This document shows positions 46,833 through 57,064 of a stretch of 64,000 bases of DNA, one piece after another. The translations under genes were made by a program, and so were the position numbers. The notes beneath the pieces are model-generated. The model worked only from the letters and a program-made list of their open reading frames with translations. It did not search any database and was not told the origin of the DNA. The DNA comes from Cenarchaeum sp. (lineage in GTDB: Archaea > Thermoproteota > Nitrososphaeria > Nitrososphaerales > Nitrosopumilaceae). The stretch covers positions 544,001-608,000 of the forward strand of contig CBDESU010000002.1 in assembly GCA_965242695.1 (NCBI GenBank), in the 5' to 3' direction. Numbering within the stretch: the stretch's first letter is position 1; each line of letters begins with the position of its first letter.

Positions 46833-47960
46833 TCATGCAGTGTAGGCGCCGCACGCATAGGCGCCGCAGCGGCCGCCCCGCACATGGCTGCCCGCGGACC
46901 GCGCGGCCCCGAGCCTGCCGGGGTCGACCCTGCCGGCAGACGCGGCTGCCTCGGCCGCCGATTCGGCGGCCTCGGCGGTGTTCGCGTACATTGCGCCCCT
47001 TGCCCCCGCGTACCGGCAGTTGATCGCCGACAGCGACTGCCCGAACCGGAGGGCCCGCTCCAGCGGCGCCCGGGACATCCCCGCGGGGCCCCGCAACCGG
47101 GCGGCGCCGGACGCGGGCAGCGCATGCAAAAACCCCGCCGTAAGCATGTCGCCGGCGCCGGCCGCATCGACGACGCCGCCTGCCGGCACGGCGGGCATCG
47201 ATCCCGCGACTGCTCGCCCGCCGGCATGCCGGGCCTCGTACTCTAGGCCCTCTTCCGACCTGGTCGCTATGCGCAGCTGCCCGGCGGCCGGCGCGTCGGC
47301 CCACGGGCCAAAGGAGGCGGCGCCGCCCGGGCCGGCACTCGTCTTGACCACGTCCGCGAGCCGCGCGCCGCGGCGAAAGGCCGCGCCCCCCGGCCGCCCG
47401 GGCGGCTCGAACACGACCAGCGCGCCTGCACGTCGGCAGCGGCCCGCCATGTCAAGCGCGCCCGGCGTGGCCCTGTCAAAGTAGAACACGTCGGGGGCCG
47501 GCACGGCGCCGAGCGCGGCAGACCTGGCCGCCGCGCCGGGCGGGCGCCACCGCGGCAGCCTCCTGCCGTGCCTGCACCTAAAGTAGAACTCGTGGCGCGG
47601 CTCGGGCCCCGAGAGCAGGCGCTCGATTATGCGCGGGGTGGCGGCCGCAGGGTCCCGGTGCACGTGCGAGGTATCGACGCCAAACCTCGACATGTCCTGC
47701 ACGATGTGCCCCCCGTCCGGATCGTCGCCCAGCCGCGCGACGGGGATCGACCGCCAGCCGAGCCACGCCAGCGCGGCCAGCACGTTGCAGCACGATCCGC
47801 CGGCGAGGCAGCGCGGGCTGGTGGAGGCGGCAGGGTAGATCACGTCGAGCACGACCAGGCCGGTTCCCAGGCACGTGCGGCCCGCCGCGGGCGGGGGGCC
47901 CGGACGGCGCTGCGCCGGCGAGTCGCCCCCGCGTGCCCGCACGGCGTGCCGCTCCCGCAA
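46833..47960 (-). CDS. PfkB/ribokinase-family kinase
   Basis: GGSCCNV, ARLGDD..G, FYFDR, VVDAAGAGD. Start uncertain. Confidence 0.85.
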   Translation of the reverse strand: MRERHAVRARGGDSPAQRRPGPPPAAGRTCLGTGLVVLDVIYPAASTSPRCLAGGSCCNVLAALAWLGWRSIPVARLGDDPDGGHIVQDMSRFGVDTSHVHRDPAAATPRIIERLLSGPEPRHEFYFRCRHGRRLPRWRPPGAAARSAALGAVPAPDVFYFDRATPGALDMAGRCRRAGALVVFEPPGRPGGAAFRRGARLADVVKTSAGPGGAASFGPWADAPAAGQLRIATRSEEGLEYEARHAGGRAVAGSMPAVPAGGVVDAAGAGDMLTAGFLHALPASGAARLRGPAGMSRAPLERALRFGQSLSAINCRYAGARGAMYANTAEAAESAAEAAASAGRVDPGRLGAARSAGSHVRGGRCGAYACGAYTA

Positions 47961-48268
47961 CGCTGCGCCGGGCGGGCTGCGCGCTATTAACATTGGCCGG
48001 ATGCAAGCCGCGCCAGGGCGACCATGCCGACGCGCCCGGGCGGTCGAGATCGCGCACCGGCTAGGCGGGCGTGCCCGGAAGCCTGCACCCGGGGAGCAGG
48101 GACCGCGAGTCCCAGCCATCCTCCAGGTGCGACAGGTGGCCGTGGTGCTCGCGCCGGGCGCTGAATCACGGCCGCGCACGGTCGCCGCCGCCGCAACCCA
48201 GCGCAGCGCGCGCCCTCAAGCGGCAGGGGCAGGACGCACCGGCCTGGAGGCCAGCGCTGGGCCAAGTA

Positions 48269-49084
48269 TCACCGAATAAGGGCGGCCGAGGCTGGAGATA
48301 CACGATCCCTGATCTGCGCAAGCACATCGCCTATGCCGTCCTGGTAGACCACCTCGACCTCCCACTTCTCAAGCCTTTCGGCGATGCCGCGTGACACCGA
48401 CCCTGCCAGCCCGGCGCCGTCCCTTGCCTCGGCGGCCCACATCATAAAGGATACCTCCTTCGTGTGCCATCTTTCAATCGATGCTATGTCGCCGATCCTT
48501 TTCTTGATTGTGTCTGTGGCAGACGCCGACCTGGCAGAGACCGCAAACAGCGCCACGAGCGGCACCTCGTTCCCTAGGAACACGTGCGGGAACCTGACCG
48601 CGGGCGGGCGGACGCTGAACTCGTACCGGCGCTTGTACGAGCCGTGGGCGAAGCCCATGGCCTTGATCCGCTCCCCCAGCAGCGCATCCGCGCGCCGGCT
48701 ACGGGCGTCTCCGTCGTCCGGCCGGGCCGGCAGGCCCACGTGAATCCCAAAGGTCCATTCCAAGGCATCGTGAGGCGTGTCGAACGGCATGAGGTTGTTG
48801 GGCCTCGTCACGAGCAGCGTATCCGGAAACTGGCCCTCCGATAGGGCGGCCAGGTAGCCGTCGCCGACCTTGACGGGCCCCTCTTCGGCCATGGACCGGA
48901 TGTCGGGCAGTGACGGCAGGCCGGTTCTGCGCCGCACTTCGTCCCAGTTGTCGGTAAACCGTCTGTATGCCTCCCCCCTTTTGGGGTCGTAGAGAATCAC
49001 GCCGACGGCAACCGGCTCCCGGTGTGCGCTCTGGGGGACGACCTTGATGGTCGAAAACTGGTAGTCGGGCATCGCAACCATCAC
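48269..49084 (-). CDS. DUF3037-domain protein, partner of the HipA-like kinase
   Basis: YQFSTIKVVP…REPVAVGVILYDP. GTGA overlap with the kinase. Confidence 0.85.
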   Translation of the reverse strand: MMVAMPDYQFSTIKVVPQSAHREPVAVGVILYDPKRGEAYRRFTDNWDEVRRRTGLPSLPDIRSMAEEGPVKVGDGYLAALSEGQFPDTLLVTRPNNLMPFDTPHDALEWTFGIHVGLPARPDDGDARSRRADALLGERIKAMGFAHGSYKRRYEFSVRPPAVRFPHVFLGNEVPLVALFAVSARSASATDTIKKRIGDIASIERWHTKEVSFMMWAAEARDGAGLAGSVSRGIAERLEKWEVEVVYQDGIGDVLAQIRDRVSPASAALIR

Positions 49085-49875
49085 CGCAAGGCGGGCGCCC
49101 CCAGTATGGCTTTCTCCAAGGAGCGTCTCCTGAGCGCAAGCAGGACGGACTTGAGCAGCTCTGCATCTGCCCGCGCACCGGGGCCCAGCCCCGGCGGCAG
49201 GACGGCGAGAAACTCGTCCAGCCACTCCTCGAGGTGCGACTCGAATGCCCGCAAAAAGCGTTCAAAGTCGTCGGGCGCGACTATTCGATCCGTAATCAGG
49301 CAGAACTCATCGATGGGGGCCAAGGCCTCGTACGTCTCTTTCAGCGTGTCTGCCGTCCACTCCGCATCGCCAAAGGCGTGCCCAAAATCAAAGACGCGGT
49401 ACAAATAGCCGCTCCCAAATGCGCTGGGCACGACGGCCACGTTCTCGTCATGTCGGTCATTGTTTTGGATCATTGTGTCGAACCCCAAGATGTCCGGCAC
49501 GATGTCAAGGTTGTCCACCATCTCGGCGGTCAGACGTATGCCAATGTCGGCAAGGGACTTGACGGTGAAGAATGGCTCTATGAATTTTACGCCAAAGTGC
49601 GCCCCCGGTTCGGCCAGGTCGAGCCCTGCCTCTATCCTTACCGAGTTGAGCTGCGCTATCGGGCCCGCATCAACCGTGACTAAGACCGGCTCAAGGGAGG
49701 GCAGTCCAAACCGCTCTGCTAGGTGACCGCACAGCATCTCGTTGAGGACTGTATGGTTGTCCGCGGTACGGAACTTGACGAGGTAGTGCCTGCCGTCGTC
49801 GCCCATGATCTTCCAAGCGTCCGATACGCCCGTGCCGATGGGCGAGACGAGATGGGCGCACTTTATGGTGTTCAC
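49081..49875 (-). CDS. HipA-like kinase
   Basis: YLVKF…LNEML…LA…GLP, FDTMIQNNDRH..N, VFDFGHAF. Confidence 0.88.
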   Translation of the reverse strand: MNTIKCAHLVSPIGTGVSDAWKIMGDDGRHYLVKFRTADNHTVLNEMLCGHLAERFGLPSLEPVLVTVDAGPIAQLNSVRIEAGLDLAEPGAHFGVKFIEPFFTVKSLADIGIRLTAEMVDNLDIVPDILGFDTMIQNNDRHDENVAVVPSAFGSGYLYRVFDFGHAFGDAEWTADTLKETYEALAPIDEFCLITDRIVAPDDFERFLRAFESHLEEWLDEFLAVLPPGLGPGARADAELLKSVLLALRRRSLEKAILGAPALR

Positions 49876-50205
49876 GCCAAAGCCCCTGTGCCGCAGTATA
49901 AGTGCGTTTGGTGCGCCGAGGCGCGTCCCAGTCCGGCTTTCCGGGCGGAGCTGACGGCCCGACCCGCAGGCCGCAGCAGCCGGCGGCAAGTGGCACCGGA
50001 TCGGGGCCAGCAAATTAGGATCTGGGAGAGGCGGCCGGCACAGCGCACCGCCTCTTGTCTGCGCACGGCTACGCGGACCGGAGTCCGACATGCCGCGCGG
50101 CCAGGCGGAGGGGAGCGACGGGAACGCACTTTCGGCCACGAGCCCCGGCCGCAGGCCGCGCAGGCCGCCCGCAACGATTATTATCCAAGCCTTTCGCGGC
50201 CCTCC

Positions 50206-51441
50206 GTGGCCACGGTAGAGCAGAGCAGCCGCGTGGCCGCAGGCGCCGACCACGTGTCGGTCAGCGACGACCAGGTGGCGATCAGCGGCTTTACGACCGA
50301 GGTCCGCGAGATCGTAGAGTACTTTGGCAGCCTTAGCGAGTCGTCGTCGCTGGACCGCAAGCTCGAGGACGTCCTCCGGATGGGAGTCATGGCCATTACG
50401 GCCACGGGCACGGCGCAGAACGTCGGCCGCGTCGAAAAGGAGTTCGAGCTGCTAAAGATGGGCTTTGACCAAAAGATCGACTCGATCTTCGGGGAAAAGG
50501 GGCAGGTCGCCGAGATCATAGCCAAGCACTTTGGCGAGGACGGGCAGGTCGCCGAGATCATAGCCAAGCACTTTGGCGAGGACGGGCAGGTCGCCGAGAT
50601 CATAGCCAAGCACTTTGGCGAGGACGGAAAGCTGCTCGAAGAGCTGCTCAACCCCAACAAGGAGGACAGCCCGCTCGGCCTGCTCAAGGGCGACCTGCAC
50701 AGGACGCTCGGCGAGATCAGGGACAAGCTCGGCGAGCAGGAGGCGGCCAGGCAGATCGCCGGCAGGGGGACGCAGAAGGGCCGCGACTTCGAGGATCGCT
50801 GCGCCGGCGGCCTCGTGCTGGCAGCAAAGGCGAGCGGCGATGCCCTCGAGAGGACGGGCGACGAGGCGGGCCTGGCGGGCGCTAGCAAAAAGGGCGACTT
50901 TGTCGCCACGCTGGGCGGCAGCGGCGCAAGGGTCGTCTTCGAGATGAAGGACAAGGACAGCATCGGCATGACCGAGATCAGGAAAGAGCTAAAGGCGGCC
51001 ATGGACAACAGGGACGCCACGTACGGGGTGCTCGTAGCAAAGAAGAGGTCGTCGCTGCCCGACGGAGTGGGGTGGTTCAACGAGGACGCGGACGGGGCAA
51101 CGCTCGCATGCGCCGTAGAGGACGACGAGGGCAACGCCGTAATGAACGGCGAGATGGTGGTGATGGCGTACCGGTGGGCAAGGGCAAGGGCAGGAGCCAT
51201 CGCGGCGGAGGCTGCGGGCTCGGCGCCGGCCGAGGGCGCCGTCGACGTCCAGGCCATAGCACAGAAGGCCAGGGACATTGGCGAGCGCGTAGCGGGGCTG
51301 TCTAGGGCCAGGCGCGAGTGCACTACGATCGAAAAGTCGACCGGAAAGATCAGGGACATGGTCAAGGAGGCCGAGGACGACGCCGCGGCCGGCGTGGCCG
51401 CGATCATCGAGTCGCTCAATGGTGAGCGCAGCCCGCAGTAG
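50206..51441 (+). CDS. DUF2130/RmuC-like coiled-coil protein with PD-(D/E)XK-type domain
   Basis: TQKGRDFE…TG…KKGDFV…VVFEMKDK…AMDNR.A.YG. TATA-like box near 50180. Confidence 0.78.
   Translation: MATVEQSSRVAAGADHVSVSDDQVAISGFTTEVREIVEYFGSLSESSSLDRKLEDVLRMGVMAITATGTAQNVGRVEKEFELLKMGFDQKIDSIFGEKGQVAEIIAKHFGEDGQVAEIIAKHFGEDGQVAEIIAKHFGEDGKLLEELLNPNKEDSPLGLLKGDLHRTLGEIRDKLGEQEAARQIAGRGTQKGRDFEDRCAGGLVLAAKASGDALERTGDEAGLAGASKKGDFVATLGGSGARVVFEMKDKDSIGMTEIRKELKAAMDNRDATYGVLVAKKRSSLPDGVGWFNEDADGATLACAVEDDEGNAVMNGEMVVMAYRWARARAGAIAAEAAGSAPAEGAVDVQAIAQKARDIGERVAGLSRARRECTTIEKSTGKIRDMVKEAEDDAAAGVAAIIESLNGERSPQ
50500..50625 (+). repeat. Three perfect 42-bp tandem repeats encoding GQVAEIIAKHFGED x3
   Basis: Units at 50500-50541, 50542-50583 and 50584-50625. 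Confidence 0.97.
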
Positions 51442-51487
51442 CAAGGCAGGCAGCCGGCCTTATATTGAGCAGAGCGAACGGGCTGGC

Positions 51488-51766
51488 ATGCTACAGCACG
51501 TTGCGGCGGGAGCGACCGCCGTCGTGATCGGGGCCGTCGTGTGGACGGCGTACTCGGTGATCGACGGGGTGTACGACAACTATACGTGCGAGGCCTTGAA
51601 CGGATACAATCCGTCTGGGACGACCACCGCCGAGAGGTACCCGCCCGACACGTGGGCCGGCCTGTGCGAAAAGAACGAGTCGGGCGCGGTCATGCTGTAC
51701 AGCGTCCTTGCCGGGATCGGCACGGTTGCGCTCAGCGGGGTGCTTGTGGCAATAGTGAGGGCATGA
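51488..51766 (+). CDS. Small two-TM hairpin protein with Cys-bounded loop (possibly spindle-virus capsid-like)
   Basis: Two hydrophobic helices flank C…YPPDTWAGLC. TATA-like CTTATATT near 51460. Confidence 0.7.
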   Translation: MLQHVAAGATAVVIGAVVWTAYSVIDGVYDNYTCEALNGYNPSGTTTAERYPPDTWAGLCEKNESGAVMLYSVLAGIGTVALSGVLVAIVRA

Positions 51767-51862
51767 CGCGCCGGGGCGGCGCCGGCGCGGCTGCGCATCG
51801 CCCGCCTCTTCCCTGCCGGCCCGCGGCGCCCCTTCGGCGCGAGCCGGCCGCCCCGCCGCCCG

Positions 51863-53296
51863 TCACAACATCGGCCCCATCGCGTCGTGCAGCAGGTCAA
51901 AGTCCGAGTTGGAGAGGCCGACAATGTCGGCATGGATCCCAACGGCCAACGCGACGGTGCGGCGCCATTCGGGCACCTCCACCCGCACCGCCTGCGCGGC
52001 GCCGCGCCAGTCGAGGGCGGGATCGCCCTCCAGTCGGTATGCCATGTAGTCGGCAAGCGAGTCGGCCCGCGCGCCCTCCTCCAGGGCCGTTTCGGTGGCG
52101 GCCCGCGCGAGCATCTCGGGGGACAGCGCGCCCCCGTCCCGCGTGCACCTGTCCATGCAGGCCCTGAACATGGCGTCCGCACGGGGGCCGACGAGCACCG
52201 CGTGCGCAAACTCGTCGGCCTCCGGCCCCTCGTCGCCGGGGCCGCGCCCGTCAAAGACTATGCCGTCCCGTCCCGCGCCGGCGCAGTACATGCAGCGGGC
52301 CAGGTCCAGCATGAGCCCAGACTCCGAGGACCCGCGCCGCGCGAGCACGATCGACCCCAATCCCTCGCCTGCAAAGTGCGCCACGGGGAACGCCAGCGGG
52401 GGCAGGCACCCGACGGCAATCCCCGCGCCCCACGCGCATTCGACGAGCAGGGGAAGCGTGATCGCCCCGCTCCCTCCCTCCAGAGCGTCCTCGCGCAGCC
52501 TGCGAGGATCGAGCTGCACTGCGCCGGGGCGGCGGCGCAGCCCGCCGGCCGCCCGGTCCAGGATCCCTGCCACATATCTCGCGTACGCGGCGTGGGCGCG
52601 GACCTCGGCGGGATCGGCGCCGGCCGGAATCCCGGCCGCGGCCCGAACCGGCGCCGCGCGGAGGGGGGCGTTCCCGAGGACCAGATCGGGCGCCCACCCG
52701 TATATTTGGCGCAGGCGCGAGAGGAGCCTCAGCTCGTACGATGCGTCCCCAGCCGCCGACTCGCCCCTGCCGCAGAACCGCTCCGCGATGCATTCGTCGA
52801 CAAACCGGCCCCCCAGGCCCGCGGCCTTGATCCTGGACAGAGCGCGATCCAAAACAGGAGTGTCCCCGCGCGCGACTTCCCGCGCCGCCCCCGGCAGAAG
52901 CGCGCCGCGCACCGCCACTAGCTGCGCATAGCCGGCCGACTCGTAGTCCGTCCGCTCGTACTCTTGCACCCGGCGCTCGGGCATGCCCGCCCTTTCCGCA
53001 AGCTCGCGCTGCGTCATGCCTAGGGCGATCCTCGCCTTGATCAGCTGCTCGGGCAGGTGCACTGGGTCGTCGGCATCCACTGCGGGCATCCGGCCCGACC
53101 TGAGGGCCTTGTACTCGGCAATCTCGCGCCTCATCTTGTCTGCCTTGCTCCGCAGCCCGGCGCGCTCTGCCATCAGTATCCTGTCCCCCCCGCCGCCGGC
53201 CAGCTCTATGTCCATGCCGGCCACGGCCGCCTCGAACTTTTCCACCCACGACGCTGTCACGGCCAGCTGATGCTCGTTCTTGATCATCGGAACCAC
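51863..53296 (-). CDS. XRE-HTH protein with degenerate ImmA-like domain
   Basis: MIKNEHQ…LIKARIALGMTQRELAER…YE..DY. The HExxH position reads LDLARCMYC. E.EADEFA is retained. Confidence 0.75.
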   Translation of the reverse strand: MVPMIKNEHQLAVTASWVEKFEAAVAGMDIELAGGGGDRILMAERAGLRSKADKMRREIAEYKALRSGRMPAVDADDPVHLPEQLIKARIALGMTQRELAERAGMPERRVQEYERTDYESAGYAQLVAVRGALLPGAAREVARGDTPVLDRALSRIKAAGLGGRFVDECIAERFCGRGESAAGDASYELRLLSRLRQIYGWAPDLVLGNAPLRAAPVRAAAGIPAGADPAEVRAHAAYARYVAGILDRAAGGLRRRPGAVQLDPRRLREDALEGGSGAITLPLLVECAWGAGIAVGCLPPLAFPVAHFAGEGLGSIVLARRGSSESGLMLDLARCMYCAGAGRDGIVFDGRGPGDEGPEADEFAHAVLVGPRADAMFRACMDRCTRDGGALSPEMLARAATETALEEGARADSLADYMAYRLEGDPALDWRGAAQAVRVEVPEWRRTVALAVGIHADIVGLSNSDFDLLHDAMGPML

Positions 53297-53728
53297 CCTA
53301 GTTCGCCGCTGCGATGCCTCCTGCCCGGCGCGGGAAGAGGGACAAGGCTGGCAGGGCGATCGCCGGGCGCCGGGCGCCGCTTGGAGGCCGGGCGCCCAGG
53401 CAGGCGCGCGCCCGGCGGCAGGCGCCCCCCTCCGTCAAATCTTGGCAGCATACCTTCCGCCAGAGCCCCGCGTTGCTGATATGCCTTGCCCCAGTGGGAT
53501 GCGCGGCCGCGCGCTGCGCAGCGCCAGGGGCCGTCGGCGAGGCCCCGTCGTCGAGAGGCGGCCCGCCCATGGCCGTGCTGCGGCGCAGGCCGCGCCGGCG
53601 CCTTTTTCCTCTTATAAGATGGGGCAGAACCGCGGATTTTTTGCTTATATACGATGGAGAATCTGCGGGCGCAAAATCCGCGCCTGCAACCCCCAAATAT
53701 GCGCCTAGTGCGCCGGCCGTGACGACAG

Positions 53729-54235
53729 ATGGTTCAACCGGTGGTTCATCCGACAGGGGGCCTTGACCTAGAGATGATCAGGGCCATTCCGCCCGGCGAT
53801 CGCGCGCAGTACTACGAGGCGGGCATACTCGCGCTGCTGTCGGCCAACGGCGAGCGCGGGCTCACCACGTCCGAGATTTGGCGGGCCACGGGCTTTCCAA
53901 AGAACGCGATGCTAAAGGCGCTCGACGTCCTCTTCCACCAGAGGAAGCTGCACAGGGTCAGCCATGGGCAGTTCCGGCTGTACTATGCCCAGCGCGAGGC
54001 GCCTGCTCCCTTTCGAGACATACGCTGGGGCGGGTCGACGGAGCGGAGGTACAACGCAAGGCGGGTCTCGAACGAAGGGGGCGACTATATCCGCATCGAG
54101 GAGAGGGAGACGGACGAGAACGGATTCGGGCGCGACGTGGGCGGCGTCCTCGTGCCGCTCTGCAAGGTCGGCGAGGTCGTCGACGCGGTGAGGGCCGCAT
54201 CCTCGCAGGAATACCCGGGGGATGCGGGCAGGTAG
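53729..54235 (+). CDS. Winged-helix DNA-binding protein with small C-terminal beta domain
   Basis: ILALL…GLTTSEI..ATG…LDVL, YIRIEERE…GGVLVP. Confidence 0.75.
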   Translation: MVQPVVHPTGGLDLEMIRAIPPGDRAQYYEAGILALLSANGERGLTTSEIWRATGFPKNAMLKALDVLFHQRKLHRVSHGQFRLYYAQREAPAPFRDIRWGGSTERRYNARRVSNEGGDYIRIEERETDENGFGRDVGGVLVPLCKVGEVVDAVRAASSQEYPGDAGR

Positions 54236-55237
54236 CGGCGGTAGCCGCCGGGCGCATCCGGGACGGGCCAGGGGCGGAAGGCCGGACAGTCGCCCCAGCC
54301 GCAGGACGCCGGCGAAGAGGTGGCGCATGCCGGGTTCGCGGCGGCGCTGGCGGGCGGCGCCCCAATCCAATATATCCCGGAACGCGCCGCCCCCCGCCAT
54401 GGCAATGCCGCCCGAGGTCGACCTCCGCCTTCCCGTCCTAGACCTGCTCGGCGACGGCGCGACCCGCACGATAGTGTGGGTCACCGACCGCATGGCAGAC
54501 CGCTTCGGCCTCGACGACGGGGAGCGCGGCGAGGTGCACGCCGTGTCCGGCCGCCCCAAGTTCGGCATGCGGGTGCGGCAGGCCGTCTCGCACCTGCGCA
54601 TCGCCGACTACCTTGCCAACTCGGAGACGGGGTCGTTTGCCATCACGCAGTCCGGCCGCACCGCCCTGGCTGCAAGGCCCGGGCGCATGACCAACGAGTT
54701 CCTCATGTCCCACTCCACGGCGTACCGCCAGCACAGGGACGCGCAGGCTGCCAGGAAGAGAAAGCTCGGCGGTGGGCCCGGAATGCCGGCCGAGACGGAG
54801 GGCATGGTCGCCATCCTCGACGTGCTCGGCGTCAAGGGGCAGGGAGGCCCCGAGGACCACGCGCGGCTGCACGAGGGGTGGCGCGACCTGCTCTCCGCAT
54901 CGCGGTACCTGCTCGAGGACAGCAAGGAGCTGCGCGGGCGCTACACCCTGTCGGCGTTCTCGGATACGATGTTCGTCACGGCCTCGGCGTCGGGGGCCGA
55001 CGGAACGGCCGCCGGGGCCGAGGACCTGCTGCTTGCGTTCAGCGACATTGCGTGGCGCCTCGTGGTCAGGAGCATCGAGAGCGACGTGCCCGTGCGCGGC
55101 TGCGTCTCGTACGGCAGGTACTACGAGGGCGCGCAAAACCTGTTCACGGGGCGCGCCGTGGACGAGGCTGCCCGCTACCACGCCCTGCCGCAGTGGATCG
55201 GCGTGTCGGCCGCGCCTAGCGCCAACCGCGCCCTGAG

Positions 55238-56772
55238 CAGTCAACCCAACTCTGGGCCTTACGGGGGCGGTTTAGGCTCGCGAATTTCCAGCATTCTGAC
55301 GCTCATGGAGAGCACGGCCGCTAGCGATATCCGCGGAACGTAGTCCGACGGGTGCCGCCAGAACACGGCATTGATCATGACCCACACGTTGCTGGCGAAC
55401 AGGGAGTAGATGAAGCAGAGAAACCGAGCGTTCGGCAGGGTGCTCGACGTCTTGTTCCGCCTGATCGACACCATCTTGAACCGCGTCTCGATCCCCCACC
55501 TCTTCTTGTAGTGGCGGGGCTTTTCCGATCGGTGGCTGACGGCGAACCCGATGAACCTCTCGTGCGGCTCGAGCTTCCTGCCCTTCCTCGAGCCGGCTGC
55601 GCCGTCCTCATCCCCGTCGTCCTCCTCGCCCTTCTTGCGCGGCTCGATGCGCATCCAGTACTTGGTCTCCCTGCCGTCCTCGCCCGTGATGGTCATGCGC
55701 ACGACGCCCGTCTTTTTCCCGGTCTCGGCAAACTTGGCGAGCGCCTTCTTGACCGCCGGGGTGTTGCGGCAGGGGGTGATCCAGCGGAACCTAGTCCGTA
55801 TCAACTCCTCTACGCCGGCCTGGTTGAAGAACTCCCTGTCGAGGAGCAGCCTGGCGCGGCTTATCCCCAGCGCCTTGATCTTGTCGGCCAGTATGGGGAT
55901 GAACCGCGCAAGGTTGGACAGGTCGTCGACGAGCAGGCATGCCACCGCGATCTGCACCCCCTTGTCGACGCACTGCAGCACGATGTACGCCTCAAACTGG
56001 GTCGTTCCGCGACTAGATTTCGACTTGACAAGCCTCCTCTCCTTTCTAAGGCGCCTGCGCGCCTCCCTGTTGATCTTGACCTGCGCCTCGGACACGCCAC
56101 GCGTGACCAGGCGCCCGCCGTCCCAGCGCTCCTCAACGTGTATGTCGACGGCAAAGGTGGGGGTGTCCGACAGCCGGCCGTTGCGCCGCAGCTCCTCGAT
56201 CGCTTCGCGCGCCTCGTCCTCGAGCACGCGCGCGCTGCGCTCGTCGTTGGCCGAGTTGATCTTGAGGCGCTGCCACTCGCAGCCGCTGGACCTGCCCCCC
56301 TCCTCCTTTGCCTTTATCTTGGACAGCTCGGCGCAGGTGGTACTCGATGCGTTGAAGAGGGACCCGTTGAGCATGTTCTTGTGGAACTCGGCGGCGCCGT
56401 ACTTTGCCCGCGAGTCGCCGGAAAAGTCCACGAACTGCTCCCCCTGGGTCATTTTGTCGGTCATCTTCTTGATGGCGAAGCCGGCCTTCCTGATCTGTCC
56501 AAACTTTTGCGATATCTTCTTGGTCGACTTTTTCGTCATGAACTTCTGCTGAGACTTTGTAAGATCCTTCTTTTTCCCGCTGCCGCCCTTGCTTGGCCCT
56601 TTTTTCTGCCCCATTCCGGGGGGCCGCCCGCGTGAGTAGTTATACGTCTTTCGTTTTCAGGTTATATTTTTATGAAGTATCGTTGATCAAGACGGTTTGG
56701 CGCGGGCACATATCTGACCAAAAAAGATCGATGGTCCTAGCCCACCGTCAACGCCCAGAGTTGGGTTGACTG
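55238..56772 (-). mobile_element. 1535-bp insertion sequence, ISH3-like (IS4 superfamily)
   Basis: Perfect 20-bp TIR CAGTCAACCCAACTCTGGGC (55238-55257 and 56753-56772). 5-bp TSD CTGAG (55233-37 and 56773-77). Confidence 0.95.
55259..56614 (-). CDS. DDE transposase (ISH3/IS4-like)
   Basis: FAVDIH, LLLDREFF, YKKRWGIETRFK. Confidence 0.93.
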   Translation of the reverse strand: MGQKKGPSKGGSGKKKDLTKSQQKFMTKKSTKKISQKFGQIRKAGFAIKKMTDKMTQGEQFVDFSGDSRAKYGAAEFHKNMLNGSLFNASSTTCAELSKIKAKEEGGRSSGCEWQRLKINSANDERSARVLEDEAREAIEELRRNGRLSDTPTFAVDIHVEERWDGGRLVTRGVSEAQVKINREARRRLRKERRLVKSKSSRGTTQFEAYIVLQCVDKGVQIAVACLLVDDLSNLARFIPILADKIKALGISRARLLLDREFFNQAGVEELIRTRFRWITPCRNTPAVKKALAKFAETGKKTGVVRMTITGEDGRETKYWMRIEPRKKGEEDDGDEDGAAGSRKGRKLEPHERFIGFAVSHRSEKPRHYKKRWGIETRFKMVSIRRNKTSSTLPNARFLCFIYSLFASNVWVMINAVFWRHPSDYVPRISLAAVLSMSVRMLEIREPKPPP

Positions 56773-57064
56773 CTGAGCAGGTCAATCCGGCGCAGGTCCG
56801 ACCCGCGAAACCGCTTCTACACCAGGTACGACATTCCGCTGGGGAATTCGGTCGAGCGGGACGCGTGGGTCGTCAACTGGCCGCGGCAGTACGACGACGA
56901 GGAGCCGGGCGAGGCCATGGAGAGCGTCCTGGCCCGGATCGACGGCAAGCTCGACGGAATCACCGACGTCGATGCGGCCCTCAAGTGGCGCAACACGCGC
57001 AAGTTCTGCACCGACATGCTCGCCGAGTAGGGGGCGGGGGGCGGTGCTGAATCGGGCCCGCGCG

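Larger units (their letters stand above)
54399..57030 (+). pseudogene. Mrr N-terminal wHTH fused to a class III nucleotide cyclase-like domain, interrupted by an IS
   Basis: Mrr_N LPVLDLLGDG…ADRFGL…SG…F..RV…ITQSG. Cyclase-like LDVLG, FSDT, RGCVSYG, GRAVDEA, WIG. IS removal restores NRALSRS…YDIP…VNWP…KWRNTRKF, stop at 57030. Confidence 0.85.

Noticed and set aside
50500-50625. 42-bp repeats as a CRISPR array
   Set aside because: Contiguous with no spacers, in frame inside a CDS, and no cas genes seen.
55238-55343. C-terminus of ORF 54222-55343 as listed
   Set aside because: It is read-through into the IS. The true C-terminus lies at 56778-57030.
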